64,000 bases of DNA from Desulfobacterales bacterium (GCA_963674755.2 CAXXVS010000001.1:1120001-1184000), one strand, 5' to 3'. Positions 1 through 10,155 are shown, counted from the stretch's first letter. Numbers and translations are program-made. The notes: a model not told the origin generated them from the letters alone.

Positions 1-431
1 TTTTCATGAACATAGTCGAGGGCCCGGGCGGCCGGCACGAGGGGGCGCAGCCGCTCGATCCAGGGGCGCCCGGGCGCCTGGTTCCAGCGTTCGAAGCTGG
101 GGCCGTCCACCCAGGCCATGGAGATAAAGACCGTGTCGCCGTCCTGGTGGAAGTCATAGACCTGCACGATATGCGGGTGATGGAGGCCGCGGGCCAGGCG
201 GCATTCATTGCGGAGGAATTCCACCTGGGCCGGGACGGCGGCCAGCTCCGGGTGCAGCAGTTTGAGGGCGATGTCCAGACCGAGGGCCCGGTCCCGGGCT
301 TGCCAGACTTCACCCATACCACCCTGCCCCAGGGGGTGGGACAGCTCGAAGCGCTCGATCAGCACCTGGCCGCGGCAGGCCTGCCATGATGCGCCGCGGG
401 GCATCTCGTTGGTACGTCCGTCTTCTGTCAT
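1..431 (-). CDS. Hanks-type Ser/Thr protein kinase, N-terminal part (runs off the window edge)
   Basis: Not in the ORF track. Manual translation from ATG at 431 gives ...RFELSHPLGQGGMGEVWQARD...DIALKLL...NECRLARGLHHPHIVQVYD...ALDYVHE, i.e. Gly-loop, catalytic Lys and alphaC Glu. A G-rich RBS-like sequence lies upstream. Confidence 0.9.
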   Translation of the reverse strand, partial: MTEDGRTNEMPRGASWQACRGQVLIERFELSHPLGQGGMGEVWQARDRALGLDIALKLLHPELAAVPAQVEFLRNECRLARGLHHPHIVQVYDFHQDGDTVFISMAWVDGPSFERWNQAPGRPWIERLRPLVPAARALDYVHE

Positions 432-463
432 GTCCCCCAAAGCCCCCCGTAAGGGGACATTCC

Positions 464-1735
464 TCAGCCGCCGATCGTTTCCGCCGGGATCGGGTCCGGG
501 GCCACAAGGCCCGTTTCCCGCAGATAGATTTCCTTGAGCAGCCGGCGCCACTGGCGGTATTGTTCCTGGGCGCTGCCCGAGAGCTCGTGGATTTCGCCCT
601 CGACGTCCATCAGAACCGGCGCCATGTCGGCGCCGAAAGATTCGCTGAGCTCCTGAATGGCGGCGGAATGCATTTCCGCCTGCTTGGAGATGTTCATCCC
701 GCTCATGAAGACCTTGCCGCCGGAGATCACCAACAGCCCCTCCAGGATATTGGAACTGCTGCTGCCGCCGTAGATTTCCAGGGCGATGGCCGCGGCCACC
801 AGCAGGGCGCCGCCGACCTTGTGCAGCAGGGCGGAATTTTCCACTTCTTCACGAGCCAGGCGTTCGGTCAGGTCCAGTTTGCGCCAGTTCTCGTAGGGCG
901 GCCACATGCTGGCGTAAAAACCGTCGTAGTACTGGTTGAGCGTGTCGATGAACATGTAGTCCCGCTCGCGGATGGTCATGAGCCGCTGCATCAGGGGATC
1001 GTTGTCGGCCGGGAGACGTTTGGGCCGCAGCTGGCCCTCCTCGTTTTCCGCCAGGTAGTCGCCGTAGGCCTCGGGCGCGAAGTCCCGGGCGAATTTCAGC
1101 TGGGCGACCCGGCGAATCGTCAGGATTTCCTCGGGCGCCAGGCTGTCGCGATAGACCGCCATCTCGTTGGCGATAGTGTTGTAGAGATCCTGGAAAGCGT
1201 CCTTCTGCCAGGGCACGTTGTCCCGATAATTCTCCCCCGTGGCCTCGGCCTCGTACACCTCCTCGAACCACCGGCGTCCCGTGGCATCGGCCACGCTGAT
1301 TTTGAGCACCAGGGTCTGGCCGTTGGATTCGAGAATCTCCCCGTTGACCACCACGTCGTGGGTCTCACCGGCTTCGGGCAGCACCCGCACGGCTCCCCAC
1401 TGGGCGCTTTGCTGGAGGGTGTTGCGCAGGTGGCAGGGGATGAAATGATCCTCGGACTGGCGCACCTTGTTGTCGGTACCTTTGTCCTGGGCCTCCTCCT
1501 CGGTCATTTTGGGGCTGCTGAAGACCACCAGGCCCACATCGAGCAGTTCGGTTTCCGGGATTTCCGTCTGGGCGATCTGGATATCGGCCGGTGCAACCTT
1601 GCGGGCGTTATAAGAGGCGCAGCCGCTGGTGAGCAGGGAGAGGGCGTAGAGGCCCACGACGAAGCCCGCCGTCCAACGGCGCCGCCGTCCAAGCGGCCCG
1701 CGCGGCCGTCGCCAACCGATGCGGCCCCACATCAT
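464..1735 (-). CDS. Putative lipoprotein of unknown function
   Basis: ORF 464..1771; the likely ATG at 1735 overlaps the upstream stop (TGATG). Basic N-region, hydrophobic stretch and lipobox-like LLTSG-C, plus two later hydrophobic Gly-rich segments. Confidence 0.75.
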   Translation of the reverse strand: MMWGRIGWRRPRGPLGRRRRWTAGFVVGLYALSLLTSGCASYNARKVAPADIQIAQTEIPETELLDVGLVVFSSPKMTEEEAQDKGTDNKVRQSEDHFIPCHLRNTLQQSAQWGAVRVLPEAGETHDVVVNGEILESNGQTLVLKISVADATGRRWFEEVYEAEATGENYRDNVPWQKDAFQDLYNTIANEMAVYRDSLAPEEILTIRRVAQLKFARDFAPEAYGDYLAENEEGQLRPKRLPADNDPLMQRLMTIRERDYMFIDTLNQYYDGFYASMWPPYENWRKLDLTERLAREEVENSALLHKVGGALLVAAAIALEIYGGSSSSNILEGLLVISGGKVFMSGMNISKQAEMHSAAIQELSESFGADMAPVLMDVEGEIHELSGSAQEQYRQWRRLLKEIYLRETGLVAPDPIPAETIGG

Positions 1736-2649
1736 CAGAGCCCCTTTTTGTAGTCGTAATATTCCTTCCAAAGCTTTTCTTTCAGCGCGGGATCGGTTTC
1801 CTTCTCGGCGGCTTCGCGCAGCTGCCGGGCCACGATGTCGTCATCCTGGGCGGCCTCGGCTTGCGCGCCGTCTCCGGCCGGGGCCTGGCCCCCCTGGCCC
1901 GGGGCGGGTTTGACGCGGGCTTTGTCCCGGTAGCGCCCTCCGCCGGTTTCCTGGGGGCCGCCTTCCTGGGCTGCCGCTTCGTCGTTATTCCCCTCCAGGC
2001 CTTCCGTGCCGCCTTCCCCGGAAGTGTTGCCGGTTTCCTCCCCGCCGCCGGAGGAGGAGGTGCCGCTTTCCAGGCCGGTCTCGCTTCCTTCGCTGCCCTC
2101 AGCGCCGCCTCCCTCGTCTTCCCTGAGGCTGCGGGCGGCCTGGGCCGCTTCCTGGGCGAGCTGCTTCATTTTCAGTTCGGACTGGACGCGGGCCACTTCG
2201 CTTTCGGTCAGGAGCATGTCGTCGAACGCGGCGATGGACTGATCCAGCTCCCGCTGGAGGGCCCGCAGCTTATCGAGTTCCCGGTCTTCCGGGATGTCGA
2301 GATCGGGCGGGGGCGGGTCGGGTGCGGCCGGGTGGACGCCGGCCGCCGATGCGGGCCGCGGGCGGGCTTTTTCCAACTGGAGGACCTGTTTCCGTTTTTC
2401 CTCGGTAAGCTGCCGGACCCGGTCCAGATAGGTTTCATAGAGTGCGATGCGCTCCGGGGAGGTTTCGCCGGACGCGCGGTAGCGGTTGAGTTCGTCCAAA
2501 ATCCGCTGTTCGGTGGCCCTGCCGATTTCAAGCGCCCGCCGCGCCTCGGTCAGACGTTCCGCCGGGGAGAGGGCCAACCCGGGCGGGCACAGCAGCAGCC
2601 CGAGGGCCACCAGGACCACCGCGGTGATGACGGGGCGCGGCGCTGTCAT
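1735..2649 (-). CDS. Secreted coiled-coil protein with acidic Gly/Glu-rich linker
   Basis: Signal peptide MTAPRPVITAVVLVALGLLLCPPGLA, helical segments, low-complexity linker and C-terminal DDDIVARQLREAAEKETDP...LWKEY. Confidence 0.75.
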   Translation of the reverse strand: MTAPRPVITAVVLVALGLLLCPPGLALSPAERLTEARRALEIGRATEQRILDELNRYRASGETSPERIALYETYLDRVRQLTEEKRKQVLQLEKARPRPASAAGVHPAAPDPPPPDLDIPEDRELDKLRALQRELDQSIAAFDDMLLTESEVARVQSELKMKQLAQEAAQAARSLREDEGGGAEGSEGSETGLESGTSSSGGGEETGNTSGEGGTEGLEGNNDEAAAQEGGPQETGGGRYRDKARVKPAPGQGGQAPAGDGAQAEAAQDDDIVARQLREAAEKETDPALKEKLWKEYYDYKKGL

Positions 2650-2939
2650 CGGGCCTCTCCCTTCCACGCAAGCCACATGGTAAAAGCCGGCTGTGAAGCG
2701 CTGCCGATCAGGGGCGCGATCGCTTCCGGTTCCGGACGGTGATGGATATTGATAACCATTATTAATGGTGTGCTTAGTGGTTTGCGCCGCCGGTGTCAAG
2801 CGCCGGCAGGGGCGCTGCCCATGGGCCGGCCTTAAAAGGGGGTCGGCCCGTGCTTAGTGGGGGCAGCGTATGGCTGTCTGGGCACGTTCCGTATCCGGGC
2901 CGGCCGCCAGGTGCGTTGCGGCCGGCCCGGTTCCGGGGA

Positions 2940-5666
2940 TTATTGCTTGTCCCGCAGAGCCGCGTGGGCGGCGGCCAGCCGGGCCACCGGCACCCGGTAG
3001 GGGGAGCAGGAGACGTAGTCGAGCCCCAGGTGGTGGCATTGGATGATGGAATCCGGGTCGCCGCCGTGCTCGCCGCAGATGCCGCATTCCAGATCCGGAT
3101 TGACGCTGCGTCCTTTCCGGATGGCAATGGCCATCAATTCCCCCACCCCGTCTTCGTCGATGGTGGCAAAGGGGTTGTTGGGCAGGATCTTGTTTTCCAT
3201 GTAGTCCACCAGGAAGCCGGTTTCGGCGTCGTCCCGGGAGAGGCCGAAGGTGGTCTGGGTCAGGTCGTTGGTGCCGAAGGAGAAGAACCCGGCATAGCCC
3301 GCGATCTGGTCGGCCGTGAGGGCCGCCCGGGGGATTTCGATCATCGTGCCGAACTTGTAGGCCACCTCCATGCCCTGTTCGTCCATCACCTTGCGGGCCT
3401 CCTCTTCAAGGATGTCGCGCTGGTATTTCAGCTCGTTGACGTGGCTGATGAGCGGAATCATGATTTCGGGCTGAACGTCGACGCCTTCCCGGGTAACCTC
3501 GCAGGCCGCCTCGAAGACGGCCCGCACCTGCATGGTGGTCAACTCGGGCACCAGCATGCCCAGGCGCACCCCGCGCAGTCCCAGCATGGGGTTGTCCTCG
3601 CGCAGGCTTTCCACCCGTTTGAGGATGCGGGTCTTCTTCTGGTACTCGTCCAGGAGCCCGTCGATGGCTTCCAGATCGGCGGCGTGCTGCAGGCGGATTT
3701 TCAGATCGGAGAGCTCTTTGAGCAGGACGACATAGTTGGGCAGAAATTCATGCAGCGGGGGGTCGATCAGCCGGATGATGACCGGCAGGCCTTCCATGGC
3801 GCGGAACAGGCCGGCAAAATCCTCCCGCTGGAAGGGCAGCAGGGCCCCCAGGGCTTCCCGCCGTTCCACGGGCAGGTCCGCCATGATCATTTTCTGGATA
3901 TGGGGCAGCCGGTCGGTTTCGAAGAACATGTGCTCGGTGCGGCACAGCCCGATGCCTTCGGCGCCGTATTCCCGGGCCCGGAGGGCATCCTCGGGATAGT
4001 CGGCGTTGGTGCGGACCCCCAGGTGGCGGTACTGATCGGCCCAGGACAAGAGCTTGATCAGCCAGGGGTCCTTGATGTGGGGGGCCGTGGTGGTCAATTG
4101 CCCGCTGTAGAGCTCACCGATGGTGCCGTCGATGGAGATCCAGTCGCCTTCATGAATGGTGTGCTCGCCGATCAGGATGCGCCGTTTGGCCATATCGATC
4201 TTGAGCTGGGAGACGCCCACCACGGCGGGTTTGCCGAACTGGCGGGCCACCAGGGCGGCGTGGCTGGTGCGCCCCCCCCGGCTGGTGAGAATGCCCTTGG
4301 CAGCCAGCATGCCGTGCACGTCGTCGGGTTTGGTTTCCGGCCGCACCATGATGACGGCACGGCCCTCGTCCTTGGCCCAGTGCTCCGCCAGATCGGCTTC
4401 CAGGGCCACCACGCCCACCGCCGCCCCGGGGGAGACGTTGAGCCCGCGGGCCAGCATCTGGCCCATTTCACGGGCCGCCTGGACCGACTCCAGGCTGAAC
4501 TGGGGATGGAGGAAGAAATCCACCTGATCCGGGCTTACCCGCAGCACGGCTTCCTCCCGGGAGATCAGGCCCTCTTCGGCCATTTCCACGGCAATGCGCA
4601 CGGCGGCCTGGGCGGTGCGCTTCCCGTCGCGGGTCTGGAGCATCCAGAGGCGGCCTTCTTCAATGGTGAATTCCATGTCCTGCATCTCGCGGTAGTGCTT
4701 TTCCAGCCGTTCGGCGATATCGATGAGCTCCTGGTAGGCCTGCGGCATTTCGTCTTTCAGTTGGGAGATGTCGCGCGTCATGCGGATGCCGGCCACCACG
4801 TCCTCTCCCTGGGCGTTGGTCAGGTAGTCGCCCTCGACGGCCTTTTCTCCGGTGGATCCGTTGCGCGTCATGGCCACGCCGGTGGCGCTGGTCTCCCCCA
4901 GGTTGCCGAAGACCATGGTGACGATGTTGACCGCGGTGCCCAGGTCGTGGGCGATACCGGCGGCATTGCGGTAATCGATGGCGCGTTTGCCGTTCCAGCT
5001 CTTGAACACGGCTTCGGTGGCCAGGCGCAGCTGGTTGTAAGGATCCTGGGGGAATTCCATTTTGGCGTGCCGGTAAAAAATGGACTTGAAGTCTTCGACG
5101 ACGCCCCGCAGGGTTTCGGGCGGCAGTTCGGCGTCGTTTTCCACCTGGTTTTGCTGGCGGGCTTTGGCCAGCACCTCTTCGAAAAAGTCGTCCGAAATCT
5201 CCATGACCACGCTGCCGAACATCTGAACCAGGCGACGGTAGGCGTCGTAGACGAAGCGCGGGTCGTTGGTGAGCGCGATCATGCCCTCGATCGTCTCGTC
5301 GTTCAGGCCGATATTGAGCACGGTGTCCATCATGCCGGGCATGGAAAATTTGGCGCCGCTGCGGCAGGAGACCAGCAACGGCCGGGCCGGGTCTCCGAAG
5401 ACTTTGCCGCTGGTCTTTTCCACGGCCTTTAAGGCGTTCAGCAGCTGGTCCCACATGCCCTCGGGAAAGATGTTGCCTGCTTCGAGATAGGCATTGCAGG
5501 CCTCGGTGGTGATGGTAAACCCCGGGGGCACGGGCATGCCGATGCGGGCCATCTCGGCCAGGTTGGCGCCCTTGCCGCCCAGGAGCCCGCGAACCGCTTC
5601 CCAGTCGCCGCCGGCTTTGGCCTGTATTTCTTCCACCTCGTCAAACCCATAGACCCATTTTGTCAT
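2940..5666 (-). CDS. ppdK: Pyruvate, phosphate dikinase
   Basis: Motifs LLGGKGANLAEM, SMPGMMDT, GGRTSHAA (phospho-His), GIGLCRTEHMF, FSFGTNDLTQ and GICGEHGG. Start at MTKWVYGF. Confidence 0.97.
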   Translation of the reverse strand: MTKWVYGFDEVEEIQAKAGGDWEAVRGLLGGKGANLAEMARIGMPVPPGFTITTEACNAYLEAGNIFPEGMWDQLLNALKAVEKTSGKVFGDPARPLLVSCRSGAKFSMPGMMDTVLNIGLNDETIEGMIALTNDPRFVYDAYRRLVQMFGSVVMEISDDFFEEVLAKARQQNQVENDAELPPETLRGVVEDFKSIFYRHAKMEFPQDPYNQLRLATEAVFKSWNGKRAIDYRNAAGIAHDLGTAVNIVTMVFGNLGETSATGVAMTRNGSTGEKAVEGDYLTNAQGEDVVAGIRMTRDISQLKDEMPQAYQELIDIAERLEKHYREMQDMEFTIEEGRLWMLQTRDGKRTAQAAVRIAVEMAEEGLISREEAVLRVSPDQVDFFLHPQFSLESVQAAREMGQMLARGLNVSPGAAVGVVALEADLAEHWAKDEGRAVIMVRPETKPDDVHGMLAAKGILTSRGGRTSHAALVARQFGKPAVVGVSQLKIDMAKRRILIGEHTIHEGDWISIDGTIGELYSGQLTTTAPHIKDPWLIKLLSWADQYRHLGVRTNADYPEDALRAREYGAEGIGLCRTEHMFFETDRLPHIQKMIMADLPVERREALGALLPFQREDFAGLFRAMEGLPVIIRLIDPPLHEFLPNYVVLLKELSDLKIRLQHAADLEAIDGLLDEYQKKTRILKRVESLREDNPMLGLRGVRLGMLVPELTTMQVRAVFEAACEVTREGVDVQPEIMIPLISHVNELKYQRDILEEEARKVMDEQGMEVAYKFGTMIEIPRAALTADQIAGYAGFFSFGTNDLTQTTFGLSRDDAETGFLVDYMENKILPNNPFATIDEDGVGELMAIAIRKGRSVNPDLECGICGEHGGDPDSIIQCHHLGLDYVSCSPYRVPVARLAAAHAALRDKQ

Positions 5667-5982
5667 TTTCGACCCCTTTCGCAATGAAGTGCAATATCCC
5701 GCTGCAGGCGGCAAATTGTCTGCGCCCGCGGCTCGATGCAATATAACGTTGGATAAGCCCGGAGGATGATCAGAAGCCGTCCAGCAAACTGAACGGCGCG
5801 TGGTATACCGAGTGTGAGCACCTGTCAGCGACGCTGCTAAAATTATATGTCATGGCACGAAAACCTGTCAATCACTCTGACGATCTGATTGGGGTGGCCG
5901 GGGTTAAGCCGTCTAAATGGCTGAAATAGCACAAAGTTATAATGAATAAGGAGCGTAACATTCCCACCGGATGGTGCTACGT

Positions 5983-6186
5983 CTATACGTCTGGAGCTCC
6001 GGAGTGCCTCTTTTGCGCTTCCGCCTGCCCTTCAAAAAGAACGGCACCTGATACGGCGATAAGGATGATCATGACGGTTCCTAAAATCCAGGCAAAATAC
6101 CAGGGCGCCATATCTCCCAGTAAAATGGAGAGCAGGAGTATGACGGCGGCGATCACAAAATAGACCAAAAACTTCAGTAGTCCCAT
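5983..6186 (-). CDS. cydX: Cytochrome bd small subunit CydX-like, with N-terminal extra hydrophobic helix
   Basis: Contains the CydX motif WYFAWILG, lies directly downstream of cydB and has an RBS (GAGGAG). Confidence 0.75.
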   Translation of the reverse strand: MGLLKFLVYFVIAAVILLLSILLGDMAPWYFAWILGTVMIILIAVSGAVLFEGQAEAQKRHSGAPDV

Positions 6187-6222
6187 GGGGTTCTCCTCAG
6201 AAATGGGTCACAGGATTCCTTC

Positions 6223-7347
6223 TCAGTAAGAATGATCCGGATCGACCTCGGCGACCTTCCCGCGCATAACCCAGAACGCCCAGCTGGTATAGGCGATGAC
6301 GGCGGGGACGAAAATAGCCGCAACGCCCAGCATCCAGGCCAGGGTGGGCAGGCTGGAGGAGGCATCCCATACCGTCAGGCTTTGCGAGGGGTGACTGACG
6401 GACGGCATGAGAAAGGGGAACATGGCCCCGAAGACCGTTCCGATGATGCTGATCCAGCCAAGGGCTCCCAGCCACCAGGCGACATGGGAGCGGCCTTTGA
6501 AAATCATGAAGACACCCGACAAAATGGCGGTGTACGTCAACAGGGGGAGAATCCAGAGCACCGGTTGGGCCCGGAAGTTGTTCAACCAGGCCCCGGAAAC
6601 GATTTCCACGGTCTTATGCAGGGGATTGGCGGCGCCGTTTGGCAAGGCACCGCCGGTAATCACAAAGCCGTCCAGCCGGCCGGCCCAGATGCCTACCAGG
6701 GTGAAAAGGACCATGGCCAGGAGCCCGAAGGTGATGGCCGCCCGCCGCGCCCGGTCAAAAAGGATTCCCTCCGTCCGGTTCATGATCATGCTGCCCCCCT
6801 GGTAGACCGCCATGGAGACGGAGAGCAATCCGGCCAGAATGGCAAACGGGTTGAAGAGGGACAGGAAGCTGCCGGTGTAGTAGGACTGCATGTTCCAGCC
6901 GAAATGGAAGGGCACCCCCTGGAGCATGTTGCCTATGGCCGCCCCGTAAACGAGCATGGGGACAAAACCGCTGATAAAAAGGCTCCAGTCCCAGAGGTTG
7001 CGCCACCGGGCCGAGGGCAGTTTGCTCCTGTATTCGAAGCCCAGCGGCCTCACGATCATGCTCCAGAGCAGGATCAGCATGACCACGTAGAGCCCTGAGA
7101 AGGCCGTGGCATAGATGGTCGGCCAGGCGGCAAAAATGGCGCCTCCCCCCAGAATAAACCAAACCTGGTTGCCGTCCCAGTGGGGGCCGATGACGTTTAA
7201 CACAATCCTGCGTTCATTGTCGGTTCGCGCGACATAGCGGAGGATGGTCCCGACCCCCATGTCCATGCCCACCATGATGGCCAGCCCCGCGAGCAAGACG
7301 CCCAGAAGCACCCACCACGTCAATTTAAGCAGCGCATACGCTTCCAT
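6223..7347 (-). CDS. cydB: Cytochrome bd ubiquinol oxidase subunit II
   Basis: Motifs GPHWDGNQVWFILGGGAIFAAWP, RPLGFEYRSK and SLTVWDASSS. Confidence 0.96.
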   Translation of the reverse strand: MEAYALLKLTWWVLLGVLLAGLAIMVGMDMGVGTILRYVARTDNERRIVLNVIGPHWDGNQVWFILGGGAIFAAWPTIYATAFSGLYVVMLILLWSMIVRPLGFEYRSKLPSARWRNLWDWSLFISGFVPMLVYGAAIGNMLQGVPFHFGWNMQSYYTGSFLSLFNPFAILAGLLSVSMAVYQGGSMIMNRTEGILFDRARRAAITFGLLAMVLFTLVGIWAGRLDGFVITGGALPNGAANPLHKTVEIVSGAWLNNFRAQPVLWILPLLTYTAILSGVFMIFKGRSHVAWWLGALGWISIIGTVFGAMFPFLMPSVSHPSQSLTVWDASSSLPTLAWMLGVAAIFVPAVIAYTSWAFWVMRGKVAEVDPDHSY

Positions 7348-7368
7348 CTCTTTTCCTTTTCTGTCTGC

Positions 7369-8931
7369 TCAACGCACGGTCCATGCCGGCTTGTTGGCAG
7401 CGTCCCCCTCCTCTTCAGGCCCCTGGCGGGCCACCCTGAACATCAGGAACATCTCCACACAGATGAAAAGGCTGTAGAGCAGCACAAACCCGCCAAGTGA
7501 AAAGATCATATACGCCGGGCTGTGGCTCGAGGCCGCATTCCAGGTGGGAAGCATTCCGTAAACCGCCCAGGGCTGTCGTCCCATTTCGGCGGTGAGCCAT
7601 CCGGCTTCGGAGGCCATAAAAGGCACCGGTATCATCCAAAGCGCCGTCTTGAGCAGCCAGCGCTTCTCCTGCACCAGGTTCCGCAACGAGTAGTAGGCGG
7701 ACAGGATAAGCAGCGTCAGCATCGCAAAGCCTGCGCCAACCATCAAGCGGAAGGTCCAGAAGATGACCGGGACATAGGGCACCGAATCCCGGGCGGCCTG
7801 TTGGATATCGTCCGGCGTGGCCTTGGATACGTCCTGGTCCGGTGAGAAGCGCTGGAGCAGCATGGCGTAGCCCAGGTCCTCTTTATGGCGCTGGAATTGC
7901 TGCAAGGCCTGAGTGTCGCCAGGGGTGCCGCTCAGGGTTTTGAGGGCCTCCAGGGCCGGTATTCCGTTTTTGATCCGTTCCATGGACGCCGCCTGAATCT
8001 CCTTTATCCCGGGCAGCTTGTCGGTCAGCGTATGGGTGACCAGAGGGGTCAATACATAGGGAATCTTGAGCGCGAAAAGATTTCTTCTTTCTTCCTGGCT
8101 GGGAAACGCGATCAGATTGAAGCCCGCCGGCACCCCCTCGGTTTCCCATATGGCTTCCATGGCGGCGAGCTTGCCCGGCTGAACCTTGGCATCCAAATAG
8201 CCCAGGGCGTCGCCCAGGGTTATCACGGCGAAGATGGAAATGACGCCGAAAATCGACGCCAGGCGGAAGGAGCGTTGGGCCATCGCCAGATGCCGCCCTT
8301 TGAGCATGTACCAGGCGCTTATCCCCATCACGAAGAGGCTGGCCGTGGCATAGCCCGCCGCGGTGGTATGAACGAATTTGTTTTGGGCGTCCGGGTTGAA
8401 GATGAGGCTTGCAAAACTGTCCAGTTGCATCCGCAGCGTGAGCGGGTCGAAGTAGGCCCCCACCGGATTTTGCATGAAGCCGTTGGCCACCAGGATCCAC
8501 AGGGCCGACAGGTTGGCGCCCAATGCGGCCATATACGTGACGACCAGGTGGCTGAGTGCGCTGAGCCTTCGCCACCCGAAGATCATGAGCCCGACGAAAG
8601 TGGATTCCAGGAAAAAGGCCATCAGGCCCTCGATGGCCAGAGGGGCCCCGAAGATATCGCCCACATAGTGCGAATAAAATGACCAGTTGGTGCCGAACTC
8701 GAACTCCATGGTGAGCCCGGTTGCCACGCCAAGGGCGAAATTAATCCCGAACAATTTGCTCCAGAAGATCGTCATTTCTCTGTAGATGTCCTTTTTGGTG
8801 ATGAAATAGACGGTCTCCATGGCGGCAAGGATAAAGCCCATTCCCAGCGTCAGGGGTACAAACAGAAAATGGTAAAGGGCTGTGGCCGCAAACTGGAGGC
8901 GGGACAGGTCGACAACGGTGGTGGATATCAT
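7369..8931 (-). CDS. cydA: Cytochrome bd ubiquinol oxidase subunit I (long Q-loop type)
   Basis: Motifs LSRLQFA..HFLFVPLT, FEFGTNW, QPGKLAAMEA and EMGRQPW; 520 aa. Confidence 0.97.
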   Translation of the reverse strand: MISTTVVDLSRLQFAATALYHFLFVPLTLGMGFILAAMETVYFITKKDIYREMTIFWSKLFGINFALGVATGLTMEFEFGTNWSFYSHYVGDIFGAPLAIEGLMAFFLESTFVGLMIFGWRRLSALSHLVVTYMAALGANLSALWILVANGFMQNPVGAYFDPLTLRMQLDSFASLIFNPDAQNKFVHTTAAGYATASLFVMGISAWYMLKGRHLAMAQRSFRLASIFGVISIFAVITLGDALGYLDAKVQPGKLAAMEAIWETEGVPAGFNLIAFPSQEERRNLFALKIPYVLTPLVTHTLTDKLPGIKEIQAASMERIKNGIPALEALKTLSGTPGDTQALQQFQRHKEDLGYAMLLQRFSPDQDVSKATPDDIQQAARDSVPYVPVIFWTFRLMVGAGFAMLTLLILSAYYSLRNLVQEKRWLLKTALWMIPVPFMASEAGWLTAEMGRQPWAVYGMLPTWNAASSHSPAYMIFSLGGFVLLYSLFICVEMFLMFRVARQGPEEEGDAANKPAWTVR

Positions 8932-9522
8932 GGGGCTTTCCCATTAATGGGGGTTAATGAAGGAGTATTGGAATCCCGGTATGAAGAAACCCCTTAGAAA
9001 TTCTCAGCGACAGCAATTACCGTACGCTTTGGTTCCTCCGTGAGACGGGCCGCTTTTTTTTACAATCCGGGTTGTATTTTTTGTTGAGTACGCATTTCCC
9101 CTCCTGTCGATTTCTTCATTATAGGCTTAACTCAAACCACCCGTTAACAGACAATAGGGCCAATGGTGTATTTCTTTTTCCGCAGTCGCGTATTGCCTAT
9201 TTTTATCTGATTGATCGCTGAGATCTTCAAAAAAGTTGAGAAGGGTGTCTTTATCGAGGGCCGAGCAGGCGTATTATTCGCAGATGGCAAAAAAAAGATG
9301 GGTATTGGTCGATTTCGAGCTGCGCATCCTCGTGAAAAAGCGGGTGGGTTTATAGACTGGGTTTCATGACTGTCCAGGAGACAGTCATGAGTACGGTCCC
9401 TATGGTCTTGTGTCGTGGAAATCACACCATGTAGTGAGGATGTGATTTGGCTGATGTTATAACTATGGAAATATGAAAGATGGCCATCTTTCGCGAGCAA
9501 CTTGGCATCCTGCAATCTCCAC

Positions 9523-9550
9523 TTGACATGGTACTAAAAATTGGTACTAT
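9523..9550 (+). promoter_or_regulatory. sigma70-type promoter of hicAB-1 with overlapping palindromic operator
   Basis: TTGACA (9523-9528), 16-nt spacer, TACTAT (9545-9550), with ATG 6 nt later. The inverted repeat GTACTAA-AAA-TTGGTAC overlaps the spacer and -10. Confidence 0.6.
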
Positions 9551-9556
9551 AAGTCC

Positions 9557-9811
9557 ATGAAGCGCAAGCACCAAAAAACTTTGGATTCGATCTTTTCCCG
9601 TCCCACCAGTGGCAGTATCAAATGGGCGGACATCGAGGCCTTGTTTGTCGCGCTTGGCGCGGAATTGAGTGAGCGGGAGGGATCCCGCATAGGGGTGCGC
9701 TTGTTCGGAGAAAGGCGCGTATTCCACCGACCGCACCCCTCTCCGGCTACCGACAAGGGCGCGGTGGCCAGTATTCGCAACTGGCTGAAAGAAAATGGGG
9801 TGAAGCCATGA
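9557..9811 (+). CDS. hicA: HicA-family mRNA interferase toxin
   Basis: 84 aa basic protein with IKWADIEALF..LG, EREGSRI and FHRPHP. Confidence 0.9.
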   Translation: MKRKHQKTLDSIFSRPTSGSIKWADIEALFVALGAELSEREGSRIGVRLFGERRVFHRPHPSPATDKGAVASIRNWLKENGVKP

Positions 9812-10155
9812 TGAACATTATGGAAATCAACGGTTATCGGGCCATAATCAAATATGACCCTGAGATTGATATGTTTCGTGGGGAATTTCTTGATCTTAAC
9901 GGCGGCGCCGATTTTTACGCCAAAACCATTGAAGACCTGCACAAGGAAGCTAAAACATCGTTAAAGGTGTTTCTCGATATGTGCAAAGAGGATGGGGTTG
10001 CGCCACGAAAGAAATTTTCCGGCAAATTCAATCTGCGTGTCCCGCCCAAACTGCATGCCACGATCGTGGCCAGGGCCACGGCCGAGGGCAAGAGTCTGAA
10101 TCAATGGGTAACCGATCTGCTGAAGGAATATGCAGATGATCCGCCCAATGTTTGA
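9808..10155 (+). CDS. hicB: HicB-family antitoxin (C-terminal ribbon-helix-helix)
   Basis: Motifs GYRAIIKYD, FRGEF and FSGKFNLRVPPKLH...SLNQW; ATGA overlap with hicA. Confidence 0.9.
   Translation: MMNIMEINGYRAIIKYDPEIDMFRGEFLDLNGGADFYAKTIEDLHKEAKTSLKVFLDMCKEDGVAPRKKFSGKFNLRVPPKLHATIVARATAEGKSLNQWVTDLLKEYADDPPNV

Noticed and set aside
9060..9095. 11-codon ORF (MRTQQKIQPGL) with a strong SD upstream of cydA
   Set aside because: Too short, not hydrophobic like known small cyd-operon proteins and with no attenuator structure evident; cannot be supported.
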